Below are positions 23,407 to 34,797 of a DNA stretch of 64,000 nucleotides, one piece after another (position 1 is the first letter of the stretch; each line of letters starts with the position of its first letter). The stretch is from Macrostomum lignano (Eukaryota). The notes beneath the pieces were generated by a model, which worked only from the letters and a program-made list of their open reading frames with translations, did no database searches and was not told where the DNA came from. The stretch spans positions 124,001-188,000 of the forward strand of contig NIVC01000221.1 in NCBI GenBank assembly GCA_002269645.1, written 5' to 3'. The position numbers were made by a program, and so were the translations under genes.

Positions 23407-26400
23407 CGAATAAGACGGATTTGTGTAGCGGTTAATTTAGATAGTTCACAATTTGTTAGCAGATCGGCAAGCCGCTTCAACCCTTTAGACTTTTGCTAGT
23501 GCTACTTAAAATTGCTGGATCAGTTAATTAACTTATTGGTGTGCCTAGAAACACCAGGTAGACGGCGGAAGAGTTGGTGTAAGGAGGCCAGACAGCGTCA
23601 CAGCTAAGGGTTAGCGAGCCTAGGTCGAGAAGCGAAGCAAGGGGAAGGGCGAGAGCGGCTGCTGACTGTAGTGTAAGCATATATTTGAAGGTAAACAGAT
23701 AATAACAACACCCTTAATCCAAAACCCAGACAAACAACCCCCCACGCGGCGCGCAATGTACATGTACAAATTAATCGATAAATATATCATGCAAGAATAA
23801 CATATGTCAGTACATGTACATTAAGTAGAACTACTTTACGACAAATAATAACGATATGAATGAAATACAAATAATAGAATAAATATATACGAGGCTACAA
23901 AAACAAAGCAATTAACAGTAAAAATAGCGCGATAATAATACGTACGAATTATTGTTAAAATAAATGAAAGAATAGTTGTAGTACGATATGCATATGAAAA
24001 TAAAGAAATACGATACACGCTTCGACGAATCACACTGTCACACAATATTCAATTTGTTCAGTTTAGATAACCTAATATTATTAGGTTTAATTTCCTCCTC
24101 ACTGGGCAAAATGATATGCCACTTGACTATAACAGCCTGCATGTTAAAGTTCGTTTATTATAACTTTCATCACTTTAAACGGCGACCAACGTCAAAAATT
24201 AGTTACTTGACTATGTCAACAAATTCAAGGATAAAAAAGTAATTTACGAGTGTGTTATTGACAAGCTCCGCTATTTGCTTATGCTTTGTAAAAGTGCAAG
24301 TTACATGTGATTCTGTAGCTACGCTTTCATTTGCAGCTGGGAAGCTGTCTATGGTGTTGAGGAGGCCTTTATTCGGTACAGGCCCTCGGAACTTCGGAAG
24401 TCGGCCGACAAAGTCGACTGCCAAAACAATTAGAGCTAAGCCAAATATGTCGTTGTTGGGATTCGGTTCGACATTTTAAATTCGTGGATATCAGCTATTT
24501 AAAGGCTTGTCCAACTGCCGCTCAATGACCATGGCTGGAATTAAAAAGCTTAAGGACGGCAAGATGTTCAAGCGTTGGCTAGACGTAGTTTCATAAAAAA
24601 TCCAGACTCCAGGTTTCAGGCTTTTTAATTTAACCAGCGCTAGCTAGTTTAAAATTTGTCACGTCTAGCCTACAGTGTAGGAGGATGCCACAAAAAGCTA
24701 GTTAGTGCAGTTTGAACATCAGTAATAAAACAAAAAAAGTTATCCAGTAGACAGAAGACAATAACAGACCGTAAATGTTTGATATAGTTGCACAAACAGC
24801 CAATTAAAAGTTATACAAACATTGCGAGAACAATTTCATGACTGATATCGCCTGGCTCTTGTCCTAATTTGTGTATTTTTTAATTAACAACAAAGAATTC
24901 ATCTTCTCGAGCTTGATTGATGAGACCCAAATAAATAGGATAAAATACCAGACAAGATAATTGGAACTGGCATTCAATTCAAACGGCAGCTAGCCATTAA
25001 TAGGGTGGGAACGCAACCAAAAAATCATTATCAATTCATAATCAACTTTACGGTTCATTGAAACAAAATACGAAAACAACAAAACTCGGGCAAAAAAACA
25101 GCTGTTAAAGAAAGCGTGAACACGGTCAGAAAAAGGTCAGATTTATATTGCCTTTATTAGTTTCTTTCAGGCGTCAACAGACTTGCAATGATAGAGTCAA
25201 AAGTCATTCATACAAACCTAATTAAGAAAATTTAAATTAGTCGACTGCACTGGTAGCTGAGGAGACGCGGCGACAGGGCAAACAATAAGCTTAGACAACT
25301 CTTGATAAAATCTGTGTTGAGATTTTCTGCAAAATAAATTAGCCAAAACAAAGACAGAGACGGCGGTCTGCAAGCAGCTAGAGATAGCCGAAAAGATCTC
25401 AAGCTAGCATTATATTAAAACTAAACAAAACCAGCAGGAAAAGCCAAGAACGTAGAAGACAACGGATAGCTACAACAGCAAAGGAAAACGACATTTATAA
25501 TAATAAAGAAACTGAGAAACAAAGAGCCAGTAGAGCCCAGAACGTCACATTGCATTAGATAAAGCCATGGCTATAGAAGCTTTCAAACTTTCAAAAGGCA
25601 ACGCCTTCGATGACTTCTCTCCACGCGCTCATACAGTGTGTACATCGGCCGTCTTTCTAATCGTCAGGCGTGTACACTCTCTAGTCGACTTTTCGTCCAA
25701 AAATACACTACGGAGATCGGAAGGTTTCATTTTTTCAACAAAAAAATGTTTTTTTGCTTTCAATAGGAGGCAGACCCAATGTTCATATTATGATTTGTTG
25801 TGCCCTTCTTATATAGCTCTATTGATATTTAAAAAGCTTTTCGTTCAGAAAATTAAGATTCTATATTACTTTTGGTTTTTCAAAGTTTTGGATTCATAAA
25901 ACCATTGAGCTGAGCTGTGCCATTTTAATATGCTTTTTAGGCACAGGAAATATGCGAAAACTTCCTATCTCCGTAGTGTATTTTTCGGCAAAAAGCGGCC
26001 TTCAAATTTTTTTCCATGAAACTGGAGTGTCCTTTAGTTGTCCTTGTTATGTTAATTAATCTCTGACAATCCACCTGCAAGGAAACCGCCGTCTGATGGT
26101 GAACTGTGTGAAAAAAAATTATTTGAGAGGAAATAGCCTTAGTACACAAGTATGAAGCAGACAGCGGTGACAAACATTCCAAATACCAGATTGTGATGCG
26201 GACAGACAATAGAGAAATAAAGATGGAGGAAAAACACTGCTCTAAAGAGAATTCAATTGCACATGGTTTGTAGTAGGCCATTCACGGTAATTTATGAAGT
26301 CCAGCGGTGGATTATAATTTCCGAAAAAAAGCAGCAAAGATGAGGGATTCCGGAGGCTGGAAGGGAATACCGGCTCTAGAAGCTAACACAATTAGCGATA

Positions 26401-26862
26401 GATAGTAATTTACAATCTTAATTAGTCCCAATACATTTTTAAAGCTACCGCAAAATTTATCAGCAAATTGCTTATATTTCTACTTTAAGTAGCAAAATTA
26501 GGAAACTTAATTAATTGACAGTAGATTATATTAAAATTTTGTGCATTATTATCTTAATTAGAAAACGAAAAAATGCTCCAAATTCGACTAGACGAACACT
26601 AAAACTGGGCTACTGCCGCTGTATATATAAATAATTTGCTCAATGATCCAACAATAAAATTATACAGTAGGTGGCTAACAGGGCTGCGGTTGCCATGTGA
26701 ACAGAAATAACAAGAAATAGTGCAGGGGAACAACTACACAAAATAATAATTAAGCTGCTAATTGCCAGAAAAAGTGAAATAGCTTAATAAAATTCAGTAG
26801 AGCCAGGCCTTCAGCCAGAGGTTCATCATCAAAGTTAGCTGCTAAGCACTCAGACTATCCGC

Positions 26863-26955
26863 TCACAGCTTCACTGACAGAGGCGACATCACTGGCAACA
26901 GGCCCTCCAGCTTGTCCAGTATGTAGCCCAGCGGAGCCGAGACCCAACTGATGGC
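26863..26955 (-). CDS. ST7: ST7 homologue, exon 7 (terminal)
   Basis: CCCGCAG|GCC ATC...AISWVSAPLGYILDKLEALLP...TGA at 26863-26865; aligns with the ST7 C-terminus (APLNFVMEKVESILP). Confidence 0.85.
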   Translation of the reverse strand, partial: AISWVSAPLGYILDKLEGLLPVMSPLSVKL

Positions 26956-27096
26956 CTGCGGGTATTTTTGGAGATAAAAATGTGCTTCGCTAATTTTTAA
27001 GTAACTGCTGTTTCGACTTTTAGCTTTTTGGATAACTTTTTTGGGTTTTTAAAGGTTATATATCTCGTAAATGCACTTCATTAAAGCACTGCTACA

Positions 27097-27640
27097 TGGG
27101 GGATTCTTTTCATTGAGATTCTTTCATAATAAGAAATCCTGTATTAAGTGGGATTTCCTAATTATGAGGATTCCCTTATTATGTGGGATTACCTAATTAT
27201 GGGTATGGGGATTCCATCATTTTGGGCATATTCCCTCATTATGGGATTCCCCTATTATGGGGATTTCTCATTCTGGGGGATTTCCTTATTATGGGGGATT
27301 CCCTTTCTTATGGGGGATTTCCTTATTATGGGGGATTCCCTTTCTTATGGGGGATTCCCTTATTATGGGGATTCCCTTTCTTATGAGGGATTCCCTTATT
27401 ATGGGGGATTCCATTATTATGGGGATTAACTTATTTTGGGGGATTTCTTTATTATGGGGGATTCCCTTATTATGGGGGATTCCCTTATTATGGGGGATTC
27501 CCTTATTATGGGAGATTCCCTTATTATGGGGAATTCGCTAATTATGGGGAATTCGCTAATTATGGGTATGGGGATTCCATCATTGTGGGCATAATCCCTT
27601 ATTATGGGATTCTTTCATTATGGGGATTCCCTCAGAATGG
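27097..27640. repeat. 18-20-nt minisatellite (ATTCCCTTATTATGGGGG) in ST7 intron 6
   Basis: Directly visible; the monomer contains self-complementary GGGGATTCCC. Confidence 0.9.
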
Positions 27641-27734
27641 AGATTTCTGCGATACGATACTTTAAAGCTTGAAATTTCAAAAAAGCATCGAGAGCGCAAA
27701 ATCAAAGATGCAATAAAACCTCAAGAACTCTTAC

Positions 27735-28221
27735 CTGCCGAGACACCCAGCCCATGTGCTCAGGGTACTGATGAGTGAGCAGGGCCAGCAGGGCGGTCAC
27801 GGTGCACAGCACGGCTATAAACAGGATGAAGAATGGCAGCTCCTTCTTGGGAAACACTGACAGATCGTGCTGGCTGGGCAGGAGCTCTCTATCCGCCGCC
27901 TCGGTGCACAGCGGGTAGGGATAGAACAGGTTGCCCTTCTCTAACGGGTAGGGGATCAGGCGGAATGTGCCCTCCCAGGTGCTGTGCAGCAGCTGCAGTG
28001 CGCCGTCAACCCGTTTCCAGTGCCGCAGGTGGTTGAATGCGTACGAGATGGCCTCCGAGTCGCCGCGCTTCAGAATGTGCTCGGGCGGCAAGATCAAAGG
28101 CTTCATCTCTAGCAGGTATTTGGGGACGTGTGGGTTGAACTCGACAGCTCGGTGGACAGCCTCAACTGCGGCCATCTCTGCCGAACTCAGGCCCTTCTTG
28201 GACGCCGCGTCCGGGGAGAAC
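27735..28221 (-). CDS. ST7: ST7 homologue, exon 6
   Basis: [57 protein letters not shown]...[10 protein letters not shown]; GT-AG boundaries and phases are consistent. Confidence 0.97.
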
Positions 28222-28267
28222 CTGCGATTGCAAATTGAGGAGCTGGTGACTGACCGCGGCTTTGTGC

Positions 28268-28519
<252 letters not shown>

Positions 28520-28768
28520 CAACAGCCACACAAGTCATATAATATGATTAACTGATCAACAGACTGCTGGAACCCGCCTCAAAACAGATTACACGATAAT
28601 ATTTAATTTTCAAACTTATCCATCCACACAAAAACAATCATTTTAATTATTTCAAAGCGACTGATGGACGGCCAAGCCTCAATACCGTGCACAATATAAC
28701 AAAGGGAATCGTGCATAGAGCAGACACAGAGCAGAGTTACTACAGAGAGAAAAACTCAGGCCACTCAC

Positions 28769-28841
28769 TTGTCTGCCACAAATCTAGCCTTGAGTAGAGC
28801 CGCCGTGTAGCAAATGGTTGCCGATTTGGGATATGTGATGT
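28769..28841 (-). CDS. ST7: ST7 homologue, exon 5
   Basis: [25 protein letters not shown]; 73 nt, phase 1 in and phase 2 out. Confidence 0.93.
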
Positions 28842-29019
28842 CTGCAATGGGGCCGGGTTGCCATGCGCTTAGCTAGGCGTGTAAACTGCATGCATTCAGA
28901 GGGCAAGCCAAATACCTTGCATTCATTGAGTTAGTATTGAGAAATCAGGATAATCCCTTTTGAACAGTTTTAGAATAGAGATAATAATACTAAAGAAGGG
29001 ATTTTAGACTGAAAGAATA

Positions 29020-30020
29020 ATACCTCAGGGATTTAGAATGGGAAAATTATTCCTAGAGGATTTATGATGGGGAATTATACCCGACAGAATTAGAACGGGG
29101 AAATTTTACCCGACAGAATTAGAACGGGGAAATTTTACCCGACAGAATTAGAATGGGGGAATTATGATTTAGAACGATGGGGAATTATACCCGAATGATT
29201 TAGAACGATGGGGAATTATACCTCAATGATTTAGAATGATGGGCAATTAAAACAGACAAAATTAGAATGGGGGAATTATACTTGGAGGATTTAGAATGGG
29301 GGGATTATACCTAAGGGATTTAGAATGGGGTAGCTATACCTGAGGATTTAGAATGGGGGAATTATACCTGAGGGATTTAGAATAGGATAATTATACCTGG
29401 AAGATTTAGAATGGGGGAATTATGATTCAGAACGATGGGGAATTATACCCGAAAGATTTAGAATGATGGACAACTATAACAGACAGAATTAGAATGGGGG
29501 AATTATACTTGGAGGATTTAGAATGGGGGGATTATACCTAAGGGATTTAGAATGGGGGGATTATACCTAAGGGATTTAGAATGGGGGAACTATATCTGAG
29601 GGATTTAGAATGGGGTAGCTATACCTGAGGGATTTAGAATAGGATAATTATACCTGGAAGATTTAGAATGGGGGAATTATGATTCAGAACGATGGGGAAT
29701 TATACCCGAAAGATTTAAAACGATGGGGAATTATACCCGAAAGATTTAGAACGATGGGGAATTATACCCGAATGATTTAAAACGATGGGGAATTATACCC
29801 GAATGATTTAGAACGATGGGGAATTATACCCGAAAGATTTAGAACGATGGGGAATTATACCCGAAAGATTTAGAATGATGGGGAATTATACCCGAAAGAT
29901 TTAGAATGAAGGGGAATTATACCCGAAAGATTTAGAATGATGGGGAATTATACCCGAATGATTTAGAATAATGGGGAATTATACCAGAATGATTTATAAT
30001 GATGGGGAATTATACCCGAT
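29020..30020. repeat. 28-31-nt minisatellite (ATTTAGAACGATGGGGAATTATACCCGAAAG) in ST7 intron 4
   Basis: Directly visible. Confidence 0.93.
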
Positions 30021-30094
30021 AAATTCAGAAAGAGAATAATTCCAAAAGAATAAAATAGACACAGTTTAACATTAAGAACATGAGCAGGACTCAC

Positions 30095-30541
30095 CATCAT
30101 ACTTCGCCAGAAATGCCTGAGCATCAGCGTACTGCTCAGTTTCAAAATAGCACTCAATAAGATTCTCGTGTATATTAAACAAATTGAGGCTGGGATACTC
30201 TTTGATAAGATCCTTCATCATTTTGATTGCCTCCTTGAGTCGGCCCAGCTTCCTAGCGCACATGGCTAAGCGCCTGCGCACGTAGATAAACACGTTGGTG
30301 TCGCGTCTGTGCAGGGACTCGTGGTTGCCGCTGTGGTGCTGCTGCTGCTGCGACCTCCGGAACGAGGCCTCAGCTGATTTGTAGGCCTGCCGCAACAGCT
30401 TTTCAACCTCGAGCACGGTGGAGCACTCCTCCTCAGCTAGGAGTATCATGGCCGGTGCGCAGTCGGGGTTCTTCTCCAGGGCCTCCTTGGCCTTTTTGAT
30501 TCGCTCAGATGGACTGCGCTCCCGCCAGGCCAGCTGCATGA
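30095..30541 (-). CDS. ST7: ST7 homologue, exon 4
   Basis: IMQLAWRER...ILLAEEE...HRRDTNVFIYVRRRLAMCARKLGR...FNIHENL...FLAKYD. Confidence 0.97.
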
Positions 30542-30554
30542 CTGCGGGGGCGAG

Positions 30555-31100
30555 TTCGGGAGCTTGGGGTCAAGGGAGCTTCGGAAGTGGGTCAAGAGAG
30601 TCGGGTGTGGGTCAAGGAAGAGCCGGAAGTGGGTCAAGGAAGAGTCGGAAGTGGGTCAAGGGAGCTTCGGAAGTGGGTCAAGAGAGTCGGGTGTGGGTCA
30701 AGGAAGAGCCGGAAGTGGGTCAAGTGAGTCGAAAGTGGGTCAAGTGAAAGTCGGAAGTGGGTCAAGGGAGAGTTGGAAGTGGGTCAAGGAAGAGTCGGAA
30801 GTGGGTCAAGGGAGAGTCGGAAGTGGGTCAAGTGAGTCGAAAGTGGGTCAAGTGAGAGTCGGAAGTGGGTCAAGGGAGAGTTGGAAGTGGGTCAAGGGAG
30901 AGTCGGAAGTGGGTCAAGTGAGTCGAAAGTGGGTCAAGTGAGAGTCGGAATTGGGTCAAGGGAGCTTCGGAAGTGGGTTAAGGGAGAGCCGGAAGTGGGT
31001 CAAGGGAGAGTCGGAAGTGGGTCAAGGGAGAGTCAGAAGTGGGTTAAGGGAGAGCCGGAAGTGGGTCAAGGGAGACCCGGAAGTGGGTCAAGGGAGTCAG
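30555..31100. repeat. 22-nt minisatellite (GGAGAGTCGGAAGTGGGTCAAG) in ST7 intron 3
   Basis: Directly visible. Confidence 0.93.
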
Positions 31101-31185
31101 TCGTGTGGAGTGCAGTTGCAAGGTGTTGAGATGGACGCTCAAGGATATATATTGGCCATAAATATTAATCAAAAGTGTAACTCAC

Positions 31186-31356
31186 TTTCATACTCCGGCT
31201 TGCCATTGTCTGCCTCGCAGATGAAGAATGTTTGATGATCCTGTGCCGACAGATTCATATCGTAATAGGTGAGAGGCTCCAGGTTGGTCACCTCTTTGTA
31301 GCGCTGGTATTCGGCACCGCGGAATAAACTGTAGGGATTGCGCCATACCTTGCACT
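31186..31356 (-). CDS. ST7: ST7 homologue, exon 3 (alternative in-frame acceptor at 31374)
   Basis: [17 protein letters not shown]...[19 protein letters not shown]. Confidence 0.95.
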
Positions 31357-31381
31357 CTGCGGATTGGGGTGGGGCTGCGGG

Positions 31382-31426
31382 TAGATAGATAGATAGATAG
31401 ACAGATAGACAGATAGATTGATAGAC

Positions 31427-31487
<61 letters not shown>

Positions 31488-31520
31488 GACAGATAGACAG
31501 ATAGATTGATAGACAGATAG

Positions 31521-31551
<31 letters not shown>

Positions 31552-31590
31552 GACAGATAGACAGATAGATTGATAGACAGATAGATAGAC

Positions 31591-31632
<42 letters not shown>

Positions 31633-31650
31633 ACAGATAGATTGATAGAC

Positions 31651-31719
<69 letters not shown>

Positions 31720-31730
31720 GACAGATAGAC

Positions 31731-31781
<51 letters not shown>

Positions 31782-31914
31782 CAGATAGATAGATTGATAG
31801 ACAGATAGATAGATAGATAAATAGACAGACAGATAGATAGATAGATTGATAGACAGATAGATAGATAGATTGATAGACAGATAGATAGATAGATAAATAG
31901 ACAGATAGATAGAT
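31382..31914. repeat. (GATA/GACA)n microsatellite filling ST7 intron 2
   Basis: Directly visible. Confidence 0.95.
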
Positions 31915-31933
31915 GGGCGGATTCCACACTCAC

Positions 31934-32084
31934 CCTGAATGCTATTCTGGTTGTTGTTGCCAGACTCTCCATACTCAATGGACTCATCATCGTCTGCTCC
32001 ACCCAGCAGCGGGCTGATATGAGTCAGCGAGATCTGCTCAATGAAGGATGTGCCGTACTTTTTGAAGTACCACCATTCGAAGAT
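31934..32084 (-). CDS. ST7: ST7 homologue, exon 2
   Basis: [29 protein letters not shown]; 151 nt. Confidence 0.95.
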
Positions 32085-32303
32085 CTGTCAATTGTGTTGG
32101 CGGTTTTTCTAATGTTTAACTTGCATGGTGCAAAGTTAATGGTGCAAAAACTTAGTCTTGGGATATCTGATTCTTAATCCAGATAGATTCCCATCTGGGT
32201 CGAGTCCTGGGATATCTGATACCCAATTATGAGCCATGGGAAATTAATATCAAATCTATCTGAATGTTTAATCCTAATTGTATTGAAACTAATGACAGCT
32301 TAC

Positions 32304-32387
32304 CAAAATTAGGCCAGAGATAAGAGAAGAGGTGCCCGTCAACGCCACATAAAATTTGGGCGTCAGGGTATTCAAAAACATATCCAT
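32304..32387 (-). CDS. ST7: ST7 homologue, exon 1
   Basis: [28 protein letters not shown]|GTAAG (not in the supplied ORF track). The seven exons total 1506 nt, giving 501 aa plus stop. Confidence 0.92.
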
Positions 32388-33446
32388 GAATAAGGAATTA
32401 AATATCTTAGTTATAATGTTTGTAACTTAAGAGATATATTATTCAAGTGATAATTATGGCTTACATGTACAGAATGCTAAAGTGTTCAAGGCAAAATATC
32501 TATGTAAAAAATAAATGTAAATTGTTAAAATTAATGTAAAAAATATATATCTATATATAGCTTGTACTTCCAATCTTTGCCATAAAGTATAGTCCTTATA
32601 GCCTATAGTCCTTAGGGATATAAAGCCATTGAGAATTAATAGCTTCTATCACAATACAATAAATCTCTAATCATAGACTATGTCTACAAAAAGTTTCTTT
32701 ATAATTCTTGAATATGATATACATTGACTTGATGGACTTAGAATATTTCACAAGCTTGTTTTCTAAAGAAATATATAGAATTTAAATATACCTTTGAACA
32801 AATTTATTGTACAAAAATGAGGTTGATTTAGTTACATGCAGCACAAGCAATGGTTTTTATAATTTTGTTTTAGTCACAGTGAATTCAATTAAGTCAAATC
32901 ACAAATCAAAAAGTTCAGGCAACAATTTAGGCAATAATGACTTCAATTGCAATACAATGTAGAACATAACAAAGACTTTCTCTGTGCCATACAAGCTTTA
33001 CTGTCCTGTCCTGCCCTGTCCCCAAACTGCTGTTATAAATTTACTTGGCTAAGTGCAGCCTCCATATTAGTGATGTTACCCTTGCCACTTGGTTGCCTTG
33101 GTGATAAGGGCATTTAAACTGCAAGGTAAGGTGGCTTGCTTGGCTGGGTAGGTACATGCGAGGTTGCATATGTTGCAGGGGGGCAGGGTGCATATGTGTG
33201 GATTCTAGCTTATATTTAGTCTGGTCTCCACTTGTACACCTATATATTCTTGTTTGCTCAGATTTTTTTCACTTTTTCATGACTATTAAATATTTTGAAA
33301 GAAATAAATTAATTGCAGGCTTTGTTTCACCTAGAGATTCCATTTTGTGCCACCCCTTGTCTTGCCTTGATCCTTTCCTTCAAGTTCAACTAAATTTAAT
33401 TCATTTGGACTAAAATCAAGACACAGAAAGGCTAAAATATATGGCA

Positions 33447-33825
33447 CTGGGTTTTTTTAAGGTTGGAAATCCAGTTGCCAGCTGGCCCTTGGGGCTCAAA
33501 ATCCAGTTGCCAATGGCTATTTTTGGTTGCCCATTGGCAACTAGGCCTATCCAAATTCTCGAGGATGAATATTTCCAAGATACTAAATTTTGAGTAACAT
33601 GTACATGTTATACTGACAATAACAGTAACAAACTAGGGCTTAACAATTCCATCATATAATATCAATTCATATGGCACTTTTATTAGACTTACAAAAACAA
33701 TTTTTGAAATTGGCAACTGGCACGGATAAAATGAAGTTGCCAGATTGGCCTCTGGTACCTAAAATCCAGTTGCCAATGGCTTTTTTGGGTAGCCGGTGGC
33801 TACTGTATGGCCTAAAAAACCTAGG
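33447..33825. mobile_element. hAT-like MITE, 379 bp
   Basis: Imperfect TIR CTGGGTTTTTTTAAGG / CCTAAAAAACCTAGG; 8-bp TSD ATATGGCA (33439-33446 and 33826-33833); internal AAATCCAGTTGCCA subrepeats. Confidence 0.75.
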
Positions 33826-34797
33826 ATATGGCATTTGACTAAATCAACTTTTCCTACCTAACCATAGTCTATAGTCAAATGTGAGTTAAGAATAAATCAA
33901 ACTCACATATTTAATCAAATATTGGATAAACTTCACTTTTGTCCAAAAAAATTGTTAAAATGTTAATTGCTTTAAAATTTTATATTATCATTTTTATTGT
34001 ACTAGCTACCTTAAATGACCATGCAAAATTGTAAAACTTTAATTTTAGGAGAATTGGATTAGATAAATTAGTTATTATAACAATATTATATTTTTAATTT
34101 ATATTATACAAACAGCTTTTCAAATCTATTATATATAGAACTATATTACTTTTAAAGATATGGTAATATAGTACTTTAATTCTTTGAAGCTGTTTTCATA
34201 GATTTTCATAAGGATAATTTAGTTTTTTTTGTTTTTACAAAAATTGAATAAAAATATTACTTAAAAAATTAAAAAACAATAGCATAAATCAATTAGTATT
34301 AAGCATATTGAATCATTAAAAATAATTTTTATTTTTAATCTTGGATATATAAAAGTTGCATCAAATTAATAAGAGAACTTTTAACATATTAGGTAGCTAT
34401 TCTAAGTTAGCAAACATTGGAAAAAGGGCCTTTGGGATTTGAACTTGCTCTTTTTATGTCTTCAGCATACAAGCAGTTCTTAATGCAAAAGTATATAGCC
34501 TAAGTATAAGTCAAGTCAGTCTGGCCAGTATAAAGAGAGTATATTATTAGAGCACTTTGAGCTCATATTCTATCTTTCTTATCCTACTTAGCAATTGGAT
34601 ATTAAGCATCAGCTTAAACACTTTGATATACAATGCTTCAATCAATATAAGTTTATAATAGACTCATTTTATAGGCATCCAATATTCTAAAACTTTCTAT
34701 CATTTTAGTGACAGCATATTTGACAATTAGAAATGGTCTTAGTCAAACAGTATAACTTTTTTTAGTTTGTGTTCTATATAATTTTGTAGCTCTAGTA

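Larger units (their letters stand above)
13214..24042. mobile_element. Solo LTR of a second family (about 650 bp: 13214-13231 plus 23411-24042), interrupted by the Gypsy element
   Basis: Termini TGTGAC...GTCACA are a perfect inverted hexamer; 4-bp TSD CAAT at 13210-13213 and 24043-24046. Confidence 0.8.

Noticed and set aside
24047-26860. Short ORFs between the solo LTR and the ST7 stop
   Set aside because: No recognisable motifs or consistent exon chain; treated as intergenic or 3' UTR.
31169-32002. 277-aa ORF with IYLS repeats
   Set aside because: Translation of the (GATA)n intron joined to ST7 exon 3.
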